This document shows, in pieces, positions 48,832 to 57,484 of a DNA stretch of 64,000 nt. Positions within the stretch are counted from its first letter, which is position 1. Every line of letters begins with the position of its first letter. Position numbers and translations under genes: made by a program. The notes under the pieces were generated by a model. It searched no databases. It was not told where the DNA came from and saw nothing but the letters and a program-made list of their open reading frames with translations. This stretch comes from Candidatus Micrarchaeota archaeon (lineage in GTDB: Archaea; B1Sed10-29; JAJSAI01): the NCBI GenBank assembly GCA_964625085.1, contig CAZVAJ010000001.1, positions 37,708 to 101,707 on the forward strand. Reading direction: 5' to 3'.

Positions 48832-49253
48832 TATTCAAAAGATCCCCGTGGGTGTTCGTTTTTCATGGAGCTGGCTGTAACGGATGCAATCTGGAGGTGT
48901 TTGCAACAGTCACCCCTCGGTATGATGTTGAAAGGCTTGGGATACTGATCAAACACAGCCCGCGTAACGCAGACATTCTTCTTGTGGAGGGAATGGTAAA
49001 CAAAAAGAACGCCAGCAGAATAAAAACAGTGTACGAGCAGATGGCAAGCCCGAAAGCGGTTGTGGCAGTAGGATCATGCGCGATATCCGGAGGAGTATTC
49101 GCTGACTCGTACAATCACGCAGGACCCCTTGACAAGATAGTTCCTGTTGACGTTTACGTGCCAGGATGCCCGCCAAGGCCAGAAGCAATCATAGACGGAA
49201 TACTAAAAGGAGTTGAGATACTTGAAAATAGAAGAAAAGGTAAAAAAGGATAG
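48828..49253 (+). CDS. [NiFe] hydrogenase small subunit (NuoB/HycG/EchC-like)
   Basis: Four-Cys proximal cluster pattern GCNGC...GSCA...GCPP. Confidence 0.8.
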   Translation: MIFKRSPWVFVFHGAGCNGCNLEVFATVTPRYDVERLGILIKHSPRNADILLVEGMVNKKNASRIKTVYEQMASPKAVVAVGSCAISGGVFADSYNHAGPLDKIVPVDVYVPGCPPRPEAIIDGILKGVEILENRRKGKKG

Positions 49254-49536
49254 GCTTATCGCGATAGTGTGCGATGATCTTGGGAAAAGATTCCGCCTTA
49301 GATACTTTTTTGATGAGCGTGGAAAAGGAGTGACGTTCACGGACGTGAACGTTGAAAAAAACAATCCTGTCGTGAAAAGCGTGTCAGAACTATTTCCTCC
49401 AGCAGACTTTTATGAGCGTGAGATACATGACTTTTACGGTGTGGAGTTTCAGGGAAACAAGAACCTTCATCTTAAGCTCTTCCTGCCTGAAGACTGGGAT
49501 CAAAAACCACCCATGAGGAGGGAAAAGAATGCATGA
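49213..49536 (+). CDS. hydrogenase NuoC/EchD-like subunit
   Basis: Contains FPPADFYEREIHDFYGVEF, a NuoC-family motif. TTG start overlaps the small-subunit 3' end; exact start uncertain. Confidence 0.6.
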   Translation: MRYLKIEEKVKKDRLIAIVCDDLGKRFRLRYFFDERGKGVTFTDVNVEKNNPVVKSVSELFPPADFYEREIHDFYGVEFQGNKNLHLKLFLPEDWDQKPPMRREKNA

Positions 49537-50680
49537 TTTTGTTATGCCCATCGGACCACAAAGCCCTGCAGTAAAAGAGCCTATCCTGTTAAAGCTTGCG
49601 CTTGAAGGGGAAGAAGTGCGCAAAGTACGAATGGTAACAGGATACACTCACAGAGGAGTAGAGTACCTTCTTGAAGGAAAAAACCCTGACCAGGCCTTGT
49701 ACGTTGCCTCAAGAATCTGCGGGATATGCAGCATAAGCCACGAGAGAGCATACGTGAGGACTGTGGAAAACATTCTTGGCTACGACGCGCCTGAAAGGGT
49801 AAAGGCCCTGAGAACAGTTCTCTTCGAGCTTGAGAGAATGCAGAGTCACCTGCTGTGGGCAGGGATGATGATGCACGAGATCGGGCTCGAGACTCTTTTC
49901 GACTACTTTTGGAGGGAAAGGGAAAAGGTCCTTGACTGCTTCGAAAAAATAACAGGAGGAAGAGTGCATCATAACATAAACAAGATACGCACGCTCCGGT
50001 ATGATATGGAAAAAGAAGATCCTGACTTCATACTACAAAGAATAAAGGAAGTAAAGAAAAAAGCAAGGGAGTACTATGATGACTGTGTGAAAGAAGAGGT
50101 TGTGATCTCAAGACTCAAGAATGTTGGAATAATACCTAAAAACATGGCTGAATCATGGGGGCTTACCGGGCCCATAGCAAGAGCATCAGGCATTGACGTG
50201 GACACCCGGAAGAATGACCCGTACGACTGGTACAACAAGGTGAAGTTTAAGACTGTTGTCGGAAAAGAAGGAGACTCTTTTGAAAGGTTCAAGGTTAGGA
50301 TGAAGGAAGTGCTTGAGTCAGCAAGCATAGTAGAACAAGTCTTGTCAAACCTTCCTGAAGAAAAGATACCAGTAGCATCCTTGTCACGGGTGGATGGTGA
50401 AGGATACGGGAGGGTTGAAGCTCCAAGAGGAGAACTTTTCTACTACCTTCGTTTTAAGAATAATCTGATAGAAAGAGCAAAAGTTAGGACGCCCAGTTTT
50501 TCATACATGAAGCTCGCGGAAGAACTGTTGCAGGGAGTGGTTGTTGGAGACGTTCCAGTTATACTTGCTTCACTCGATCCCTGCTTCTCCTGCTTGGAAA
50601 GGATCCTTGTTGAAAAAAACGGGAAAGTGTCTGAACTGAAGGAAAACGAATTCAGGAGGAGATATGCTTGCAGTCAGTAA
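49529..50680 (+). CDS. [NiFe] hydrogenase large subunit, group 4 (EchE/MbhL/HycE-like)
   Basis: N-terminal Ni-Fe ligands RICGICSISHE and C-terminal DPCFSCLER. 383 aa. Confidence 0.85.
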   Translation: MHDFVMPIGPQSPAVKEPILLKLALEGEEVRKVRMVTGYTHRGVEYLLEGKNPDQALYVASRICGICSISHERAYVRTVENILGYDAPERVKALRTVLFELERMQSHLLWAGMMMHEIGLETLFDYFWREREKVLDCFEKITGGRVHHNINKIRTLRYDMEKEDPDFILQRIKEVKKKAREYYDDCVKEEVVISRLKNVGIIPKNMAESWGLTGPIARASGIDVDTRKNDPYDWYNKVKFKTVVGKEGDSFERFKVRMKEVLESASIVEQVLSNLPEEKIPVASLSRVDGEGYGRVEAPRGELFYYLRFKNNLIERAKVRTPSFSYMKLAEELLQGVVVGDVPVILASLDPCFSCLERILVEKNGKVSELKENEFRRRYACSQ

Positions 50681-51525
50681 TGCTATTTCTTTGGGTATTA
50701 TCGCCGGCCGCTGCTGTTCTGTTGGAGGGTTTTTACCGAAAGACCATCGCAAGAATGCAGAGTAGGAAAGGGCCGCCGGTAGTCCAGCCTTTTTATGACC
50801 TGCGTAAACTCTGGAACAAAAGACGCGTAAAAACAAAGAATGACTGGTTCTTTCTGATCTCTCCTTTCTTTTACACCGTGACGGTACTCATCGGGCTTTT
50901 GATAGTGCCATTTCATATCCTGTCGTTCGAGTACGATTTTATTTTCCTCTTGTACATCACAGTTCTCTCGAGCGCGTTCTACGTGCTTGCAGGAATAAGC
51001 TCGGACTCTCCTTACGGCATGCTTGCCAGCATGAGAGAGATGAGGTTGATGGTGATATACGAGACTGCTCTGGCAGCTGCTTTGTTGTCTTTTGTAGTGT
51101 ATTCAGGGACACTAACTATTTCTGGAGTAAAGCCCTTGAGCGTGATCTACCTTTTGCCGTCCGCGGTTGCATTAATAGCAGTCATCTTTGTTGAGAACAA
51201 GGTAACACAGTTTGACACAGGGGCTGCTGAAAGCGAGATACTTCCAGGAGTAAGCACAGAGTACTCTGGGAAAGCACTGTTTTTCCTTGATCTTGGGGAG
51301 ATGATGAAAAGGTTTCTTTTCCTGAGCCTGGTTTCAGCACTTTTCGCAGGAGACAACATGCTCTTTTTTGCAGTAAGCTTTGTGATACTGTTCATGGCGA
51401 TGGCGTATTCTGATGCCACTACCCCGCGTTTCACTTTGCACGTTACCACATGGTATGTCCTTGCCGCGCTCATACTGGCGGTTATTGACCTGTTAAGAGT
51501 AATATGGGTGAGCGGATGGGCTTGA
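50668..51525 (+). CDS. hydrogenase membrane subunit NuoH/HycD/EchB-like
   Basis: 285-aa polytopic protein with the conserved N-terminal RKxxARMQxRxGP motif. Confidence 0.75.
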   Translation: MQSVMLFLWVLSPAAAVLLEGFYRKTIARMQSRKGPPVVQPFYDLRKLWNKRRVKTKNDWFFLISPFFYTVTVLIGLLIVPFHILSFEYDFIFLLYITVLSSAFYVLAGISSDSPYGMLASMREMRLMVIYETALAAALLSFVVYSGTLTISGVKPLSVIYLLPSAVALIAVIFVENKVTQFDTGAAESEILPGVSTEYSGKALFFLDLGEMMKRFLFLSLVSALFAGDNMLFFAVSFVILFMAMAYSDATTPRFTLHVTTWYVLAALILAVIDLLRVIWVSGWA

Positions 51526-51848
51526 AAATAGAAGCACTAAGATGGCTTTTCAGAAGGCCGGTCACTGAAAACTACCCGAAGCAGAAAAAAGAACCATATC
51601 CTTTGTTCAGAGGCAGGATAGTGTACCATCCTAAGACGTGCATAGGGTGCAGGCTCTGCGAAAGAAACTGTCCCACAAAAGCGATCACTTTCCACGAGAA
51701 GGGAAAGATAGAATTTGACATGGGAAAATGCATCCTGTGCGGCCTATGCAGGGACGTCTGTCCAACAAAACCCAAGTCCATCTCTTTTTCCAGAGAGTTT
51801 GAATACGCCAGCACAAGAAAAGAGAACCTCAAAAACAGGATTTCATAA
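51504..51848 (+). CDS. hydrogenase 2x[4Fe-4S] ferredoxin subunit (NuoI/EchF-like)
   Basis: Two CxxCxxCxxxCP motifs: CIGCRLCERNCP and CILCGLCRDVCP. Confidence 0.8.
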   Translation: MGERMGLKIEALRWLFRRPVTENYPKQKKEPYPLFRGRIVYHPKTCIGCRLCERNCPTKAITFHEKGKIEFDMGKCILCGLCRDVCPTKPKSISFSREFEYASTRKENLKNRIS

Positions 51849-52275
51849 CCTCTTTTACGTTCAACAGTATCATAGGATACTTGTCGCGCAAACTGTCTGA
51901 AAGAGAATCCCTGTACCCTCTGTTCTTCACGACTATTCCTATAATGTAAACCTGTATCCCTGCAAGCGCTTTTTTCACGAAGGGCACTGAAACAGAATGC
52001 GTTGAAAGCCCGGCTGCTGACACGTCCCCTGGGCTGAAGACTTTAACAGTGCCCTCGGGGCTGGGAGAAAGAACAGAGTCCAGTATAAAAACCAAGTCAT
52101 AGGACATCAGCTTTCCCAGATAGTTCAACGGCTCTCCATAGTAGTAGTCTGCGTTAAGAAACCTTTCTTTTTCAAGATCCCTAGCAATCTTTTCAGGCAC
52201 ACCGTCATCTTCTCTGAGAGGATTGCCAAAGGACACAATCGCTACTTTAGCCTCTTCCGAGTTATTCAAGAACAT
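51829..52275 (-). CDS. hycI: hydrogenase maturation endopeptidase (HycI/HyaD family)
   Basis: VAIVSFGNPLREDDGVPEKIARDL matches the GNxxxxDDGxG protease signature. Convergent on the hydrogenase operon. Confidence 0.7.
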   Translation of the reverse strand: MFLNNSEEAKVAIVSFGNPLREDDGVPEKIARDLEKERFLNADYYYGEPLNYLGKLMSYDLVFILDSVLSPSPEGTVKVFSPGDVSAAGLSTHSVSVPFVKKALAGIQVYIIGIVVKNRGYRDSLSDSLRDKYPMILLNVKEVMKSCF

Positions 52276-52732
52276 GACACACTACCTTATTGTGGACTAG
52301 TACACGGTCATTAAGGTTTATCCGTGTAGTCATCCCAGGAGCAATTCTCGTTACAGCGTACACTGTCTTACCTGAATCAAGCACGACTCTCGCGGTCAGA
52401 CTGTTCTCTTTTCCTTTCCTCTCTGCCCTGAATCCTACTACTTTTCCTGCTTCTACTTTGCACGGCTGCTCCTTGTTATGGTACTCTAGGAAGTATTTTA
52501 CGATAAGATCAGGCCTGGGCTTTATGGAAAACCTGCTCTTCTCCAGGATAACCGTTGACATAATCCTGTCGTAGTCTTCAGGAAATGCCTCCCTAAGCAG
52601 GTTATCAGGCGTCTTCTTCTTATTCATAGCGTAGAGTAGTCTGCCTTTAACGTCTTCTGGAAGGGAATATGCTGGCATGCATATCCTTGCGAAAAGCTCT
52701 TTCTCAGGTTCTGACATGCTCCTCTTGAACAA
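52262..52732 (-). CDS. hypothetical protein with C-terminal TOBE/Mop-like OB domain (tentative)
   Basis: C-terminal approx. 65 aa (GKVVGF...LTARVVLDSGKTVYAVTRIA...RINLNDRVLVHNKV) resembles molybdate-binding TOBE folds. N-terminus may be HTH-like. Confidence 0.3.
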   Translation of the reverse strand: MFKRSMSEPEKELFARICMPAYSLPEDVKGRLLYAMNKKKTPDNLLREAFPEDYDRIMSTVILEKSRFSIKPRPDLIVKYFLEYHNKEQPCKVEAGKVVGFRAERKGKENSLTARVVLDSGKTVYAVTRIAPGMTTRINLNDRVLVHNKVVCHVLE

Positions 52733-52817
52733 AAAAACGCCTCCAGATATGTTCTCTTGGCACTGTTTTTAAGGCTTTCGCCCGATTTTATATAAGCAGG
52801 ATTCAGAAGAATGAATC

Positions 52818-53555
52818 ATGCTTTCAGAAAAGAGGGAAATAGAGAAGAGCCTGCAAGCAAAGAAAACAATAATCATCGTGGGAAATTGCAGGGTTCTTTA
52901 TTCTGGAAGGGCTGTTTCAGAACTGGGCACGGGTGAAAGAATAGTGCTAATAAAACCGGATGGAACGTTCCTTGTTCATCAGCCATCTAAGACACCTCCT
53001 GTGAACTACCAGAAGACAGGGACCAAATTCAAAGTAGAGTACGATGGAAACGAGCTGATAATAACCGGGAAAAATGGTGAAGATACTCTTTCAGTATTCT
53101 TTAACAGGATAATCCTGCTGCGCGCCCTAAACTTGCATGATAACAGCAGGTCTGTTGTCAGGGGCATTGAAACCCACATATCAGACGCGCTTTCACAAGA
53201 CCTTGAAGTAATAGAAACGGGAATGAAGGCTGTCAAAAGAGAGGGGTTCTTGCCAAAAGGAATGGTCGACATCTGGGCTGAAGACAAGCAGGGCAACATC
53301 GTGCTAATAGAAGTGAAAAGAAGAAAAGCAGGGCTTAATGCGGTTTCACAACTAAAAAGGTACGTGGAAGAAGTGCAGAAAAGAAAGGGGCAGAACGTGC
53401 GAGGGATCTTGTGCGCTCCTGAAATAACAGAGCACGCCAGAAAGTTTCTTGAAAAAGAAGGGCTGGAGTTCAAGAGAATCAGTTACAAGATATCAGAAAC
53501 AACACAGATAGATGGCTCTAACCAAAAGCAAGCCAAGTTGGAGAAGTATGTTTAA
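52818..53555 (+). CDS. nucS: endonuclease NucS/EndoMS (mismatch-specific), with C-terminal PIP-like motif
   Basis: An N-terminal dimerisation and DNA-binding domain plus a C-terminal RecB-like nuclease (DIWAEDKQGNIVLIEVKRR, QLKRY). C-terminus is QAKLEKYV. Confidence 0.8.
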   Translation: MLSEKREIEKSLQAKKTIIIVGNCRVLYSGRAVSELGTGERIVLIKPDGTFLVHQPSKTPPVNYQKTGTKFKVEYDGNELIITGKNGEDTLSVFFNRIILLRALNLHDNSRSVVRGIETHISDALSQDLEVIETGMKAVKREGFLPKGMVDIWAEDKQGNIVLIEVKRRKAGLNAVSQLKRYVEEVQKRKGQNVRGILCAPEITEHARKFLEKEGLEFKRISYKISETTQIDGSNQKQAKLEKYV

Positions 53556-53770
53556 AAAAACATGTGATTTTTGGACAAATGTCAAATAATATGCTTGATT
53601 GGTTTATAAACCACCAGGGATTTGGATGTTTAATAGTAATATTTTTATATTACCTGCGCATAATGATAAATGCTAAAGAGGATGGCTCACCTAAACCGAG
53701 GGGATCATAAAGATCCTCTCAAACCCTTTTCCTGATGACTTATTTATAGGATTAGGGAGTATGTTTTCTG

Positions 53771-54301
53771 ATGGTTCTGAGGCTTGTTATAACCGGCGTT
53801 CCTGGAACAGGAAAGACAACTGTTGCCAGGGCACTTGGGAAAAAGCTGGGAATGCCTGTAATCAGCCTGACAGATTACATGAAAAAGAAAAAACTCTACT
53901 CAGGAGAGATTGAAGGAGAACTGGTCGCAGACCTAAACAAGCTGAAAAAAGCGCTGTCAAAAGAAGAGAACGTGATAATAGAAGGGCATCTTGCGTGCGA
54001 GGTAAAGGTGCCTGACTCCCTTGTTATAGTGCTTAGAACAAGGCCAGATGTTATAAAAGAAAGGCTCTCAGACAGAGGTTATTCTGACAAAAAACTAAGG
54101 GATAACATGGAAGCAGAAGCCCTTGACTACTGCACAATCCGGGCAGAAGAAGAATACGGGCAAAAAAGAGTGTACGAGGTGGACACCACAGGAAAGACGG
54201 TCGAACAGGTAGTAGAAGAATGCTTGAGAATAGCAAAAGGGCGTGCAGGAAAACAGAAGAGAATAGACTTTTCAGACTATTTTCTCAGCAGGGGAAACTG
54301 A
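53771..54301 (+). CDS. Fap7/AK6-type adenylate kinase-like NTPase
   Basis: Walker A GVPGTGKTT and an overall 176-aa layout like archaeal putative adenylate kinases (hCINAP family). Confidence 0.6.
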   Translation: MVLRLVITGVPGTGKTTVARALGKKLGMPVISLTDYMKKKKLYSGEIEGELVADLNKLKKALSKEENVIIEGHLACEVKVPDSLVIVLRTRPDVIKERLSDRGYSDKKLRDNMEAEALDYCTIRAEEEYGQKRVYEVDTTGKTVEQVVEECLRIAKGRAGKQKRIDFSDYFLSRGN

Positions 54302-54653
54302 CCGACTGATACCCTGTTTGGCTTATTGTGTACTCTCTGCTGCCAGGAAGTGACGCGTTCATGTCAAAGTATGATGTCTCGCCCACATCAAGTTCAGACA
54401 CGTAGAACCAAGCCACTTCCCCTCCAGTAGAATTGTACACCGTGAAGTTAGTGTTCCGGATAACAAGCGCGCCCCCGTTCTTAACCTGTATAACGTTCCC
54501 TTCACATGACTGGACTATCAGAGACCGGTAGACCGTGTCAGGAAGAACAGGTTTTTCAGCGTACGGAAGCACCCAGTAGTACACTGAAATGCCTGCAATC
54601 ACGGTTATTGCAATAAACAGTACCATCGCTATGATTGGAGAAAGTCCTTTCAT
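54285..54653 (-). CDS. archaeal type IV pilin-like protein with class III signal peptide (DUF361-like)
   Basis: N-terminus MKGLSPIIAMVLFIAITVIAG matches the KG-SP-IA prepilin peptidase (PibD/FlaK) motif plus a hydrophobic stretch. Confidence 0.65.
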   Translation of the reverse strand: MKGLSPIIAMVLFIAITVIAGISVYYWVLPYAEKPVLPDTVYRSLIVQSCEGNVIQVKNGGALVIRNTNFTVYNSTGGEVAWFYVSELDVGETSYFDMNASLPGSREYTISQTGYQSVSFPC

Positions 54654-54713
54654 GTTTTCTTGAACTCAGTCAAGTAATTTAATTGTTTCACAATCCTTAC
54701 TCTCACAGGAGGA

Positions 54714-54932
54714 TCAAGACACCTGATCCTGCTGTTGCTGATCATGTCTATCACAAGATAAAACTTCACTAACAAGCCCCCACGGAATTGTGTCTCTCAC
54801 CTTCATCTTAAGTTCTTTTATGCTCTTGCACGTGATTTCTTTCCTGTTTAACGTGATCCTGTACTCCCCGCTGGCGTTCTCGTGCTCTATTATCAGCCGG
54901 CAGTCTCCTTGGAATATTATTAAGGTATTCAT
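54714..54932 (-). CDS. hypothetical small protein (72 aa) between the large surface protein and the pilin
   Basis: ATGA-coupled to the upstream 819-aa ORF. No recognisable motif. Confidence 0.3.
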   Translation of the reverse strand: MNTLIIFQGDCRLIIEHENASGEYRITLNRKEITCKSIKELKMKVRDTIPWGLVSEVLSCDRHDQQQQDQVS

Positions 54933-57388
54933 AGTGTTCTCCTTACAAGCTTTTTCTTGTTCTGTTTCTTCAGCATGAAAAACGAGAACGCTGCAAAGCC
55001 CAATGGAACCGCGTAGTAGGAGTAGTTATTGGATTCTGTTTTTTCCTGAGAAGTTTTATCCTCTTCTTTTTCAGAGCCCTCAGAGAGCTTTAGGGCAGAC
55101 TCTTCTGCTTGCTGTTCTTCAATTACTGGTTCTTCTATTATTGGTTTTACTTCAGGCCGGGTGATAGGAGCTGGTGTGTCAGGAGCGGGCTTAAGAAGAG
55201 ACTGCACGGCAAAATCAGTGTACTCAGGCTGGCTGGTAAACGAATACTCTGGTTTATCGGCAGGTGGCTGGTCCCCGTTGATTATTGTGGGCGTGTATTC
55301 TGTTGTGGTGGTTTCAGCAGGAGCTGAAAGAACCGCTGCCAGTGTTTTGACCTCTCCCTGATTCAAAGAAGATATTAGGAACAGGATTCTGCCATCGTGT
55401 TGTATGCATGAATTGCATGACTCAACATCTGCTTCTACTGGATACGATAACAAGATGTTCTTCAGACTGGCTCCTGGGTTGATTACCCTTATCCTGAACA
55501 CCTGATCTGTTCTTGAAGACTGTGAAATAAGCCAGCATGGCTTGGTGTACAAAACCGTTGCCTTGCTAACAGCAGTTTCTCCTTCAGGAAGTATCACGGG
55601 CAGAGGAGACGTTATCTGGTACTCTTTCTCGTAGTACACTTTTTCGTTGTCTGCCTTTACTTGCTCGTTCCTGATCACCTTGCATTCTGGGCGCGCGAGT
55701 AGGCTGATGTTAACCGCTTTCTCTGCACTTGAGAAATGTTTTTCCTGAGAGTTGTCAGGAAAGAACAGACCTGGAGGAAGCTTGATGTTTGCTTGGTACG
55801 CTGTGGTTTTTGGGCCTGTGAACATGATTGTTGCGTTGATGTATGTTTCGGCACTGCAGGGGAGGGGATTTGTCGGAAGCAGCAGTGAATACCCTGAACT
55901 GATAGTGGCCAGCTGTTTATCCAGGTCCAGCAGGATGTCCTGGTATTCTTTGATGATGTTTCCTATATTATCATCAAGGTCGGACTGGTCTGCTTTCAAA
56001 AGCCGGTAGTGTATTCTGTCAAGGAACTCTTCGCTTGCACCTGCTGTTTTAAGTGTGTAGTACTTTTCCCATGCCTTGGCTGAAAGTTGTCTTGCTATCT
56101 CCTTGTATTCTTCCAGTTTTTCTTGCATCCCTCTCAAGCGGTTTTTGAGTATTCCCCTGGAGTCAGGGCTTGAGTCATCAGGCCAATCTGGCTTGCATTC
56201 GATGCCCACAGACCTGAGGGAAGCGCATAGTTTCTCAGCAAGCTTTTTCTCCTGGTCTGGTGTGGAGTGTGTTTTTTCTGAAAAGGTTATGCATTTTTTC
56301 AGCAGGTTTATTCGCTCTCCCAGCTTTCTGCTCGTACTTGAGCAAACCTGTTTTGCAAGTGGGTATAATGCGCTTTCCGGGTTTGCTTGAGAAAACTTTT
56401 GCCTGGCTTGCGCGCGCAGGACCGGCTCTGTTTCAACCGCTTGCTGCAGCGCGCCCTCCAAAGAAAGCAGGATGCTGGAAGCATTAGTGTTGTAACCATG
56501 CAGAAGGATTATTGCCTTTGCTTTCCTCCCGTTCGCGTACATCACTGAGAATTTTTTCATTCTTCCGTCATGCGCTGCTAACCAGGATGTTGCAATGTAG
56601 TATGCTTGTTTAACGCTCATGTTTCCTGATGATGATATCTCACGCTGTTCTAAGGGCAGCGAGTCCCACACCACCATGTCAAGGGCATTACTCTCGTACT
56701 CTTTTACCCTGTAACTGAGTCTTGTGCTGAGTTCTTCTGAAGTCTGCTTTTCTTGCTTGTACTCTGCTTCTATTTCTTGCAAGGCATGGAGAAACCTTTT
56801 ATGCTGCGAGAACATCAGTGTGAACAAAGAATCAGGGTATCCTACAAGAGTATTGTACACGTTGCCTCCTGCCGAAGCGAGGTTAAGGTCCTTCCTAACT
56901 TTTTCAGCGTTTTCTCCGAGCATCATCTTGTTGGAGCCTGCTTCTTTCACTGCTTTTACTGTTTCCTTTAGATCAAGGTAAACTGGTTTGGCCTTGCCCG
57001 AATACTCTTGGTCTGCTACCCCCATTTCTTCAAGCACTTCAGCATCTTTTTCGATCAACACGGCCATGCCGCTGAACGCCTGGGAAGCATCATAATACAC
57101 TTGTTCTAACTTTGCTTTGCAGTAGCTTGACAAGAACAGGCTGCTTTCAGCTTCTTTCAGGTACAAGGCCAGCATGTCCCTGGTCTCGTTCTTCGCGTTT
57201 TCTGCATCATACCATGCTTTTGACAGGCTTTGCAGGTAGTACTCTTTTCCAGGAGCGTCGTACGCCTGCAGGCTTGCGGGAATGTTGGGCGGTGTGTTGA
57301 GTTCTGTTATTCTTGACTGATAGTCTGAAACTGAAAGAAGGCCATTCAACGCCAAGCCGATTAGTATGGCCTGTATTACAGGAGCCAT
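54929..57388 (-). CDS. large secreted surface protein (819 aa) with Thr/Pro/Glu-rich linker and C-terminal PGF-CTERM-like sorting signal
   Basis: Sec signal peptide and a helical ectodomain. The C-terminus is a TTTEYTPT...PAPDTPAPITRPEVKP linker followed by VPLGFAAFSFFMLKKQNKKKLVRRTL (motif, TM, basic cluster). Confidence 0.6.
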   Translation of the reverse strand: MAPVIQAILIGLALNGLLSVSDYQSRITELNTPPNIPASLQAYDAPGKEYYLQSLSKAWYDAENAKNETRDMLALYLKEAESSLFLSSYCKAKLEQVYYDASQAFSGMAVLIEKDAEVLEEMGVADQEYSGKAKPVYLDLKETVKAVKEAGSNKMMLGENAEKVRKDLNLASAGGNVYNTLVGYPDSLFTLMFSQHKRFLHALQEIEAEYKQEKQTSEELSTRLSYRVKEYESNALDMVVWDSLPLEQREISSSGNMSVKQAYYIATSWLAAHDGRMKKFSVMYANGRKAKAIILLHGYNTNASSILLSLEGALQQAVETEPVLRAQARQKFSQANPESALYPLAKQVCSSTSRKLGERINLLKKCITFSEKTHSTPDQEKKLAEKLCASLRSVGIECKPDWPDDSSPDSRGILKNRLRGMQEKLEEYKEIARQLSAKAWEKYYTLKTAGASEEFLDRIHYRLLKADQSDLDDNIGNIIKEYQDILLDLDKQLATISSGYSLLLPTNPLPCSAETYINATIMFTGPKTTAYQANIKLPPGLFFPDNSQEKHFSSAEKAVNISLLARPECKVIRNEQVKADNEKVYYEKEYQITSPLPVILPEGETAVSKATVLYTKPCWLISQSSRTDQVFRIRVINPGASLKNILLSYPVEADVESCNSCIQHDGRILFLISSLNQGEVKTLAAVLSAPAETTTTEYTPTIINGDQPPADKPEYSFTSQPEYTDFAVQSLLKPAPDTPAPITRPEVKPIIEEPVIEEQQAEESALKLSEGSEKEEDKTSQEKTESNNYSYYAVPLGFAAFSFFMLKKQNKKKLVRRTL

Positions 57389-57484
57389 GGAAAAGAGTGA
57401 GGGTCAAAACATGATTAAACGCCTGCAAAAACCCTGCAGTTTACTCCAGTTAAACCTTAAAAACGAGCGTAAAGTATCATTAAC

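Noticed and set aside
53733-53780. candidate C/D box sRNA
   Set aside because: Not called as a feature. The C and D boxes are plausible but the internal C' and D' boxes and the terminal stem are not evident. Kept only as a low-confidence finding.
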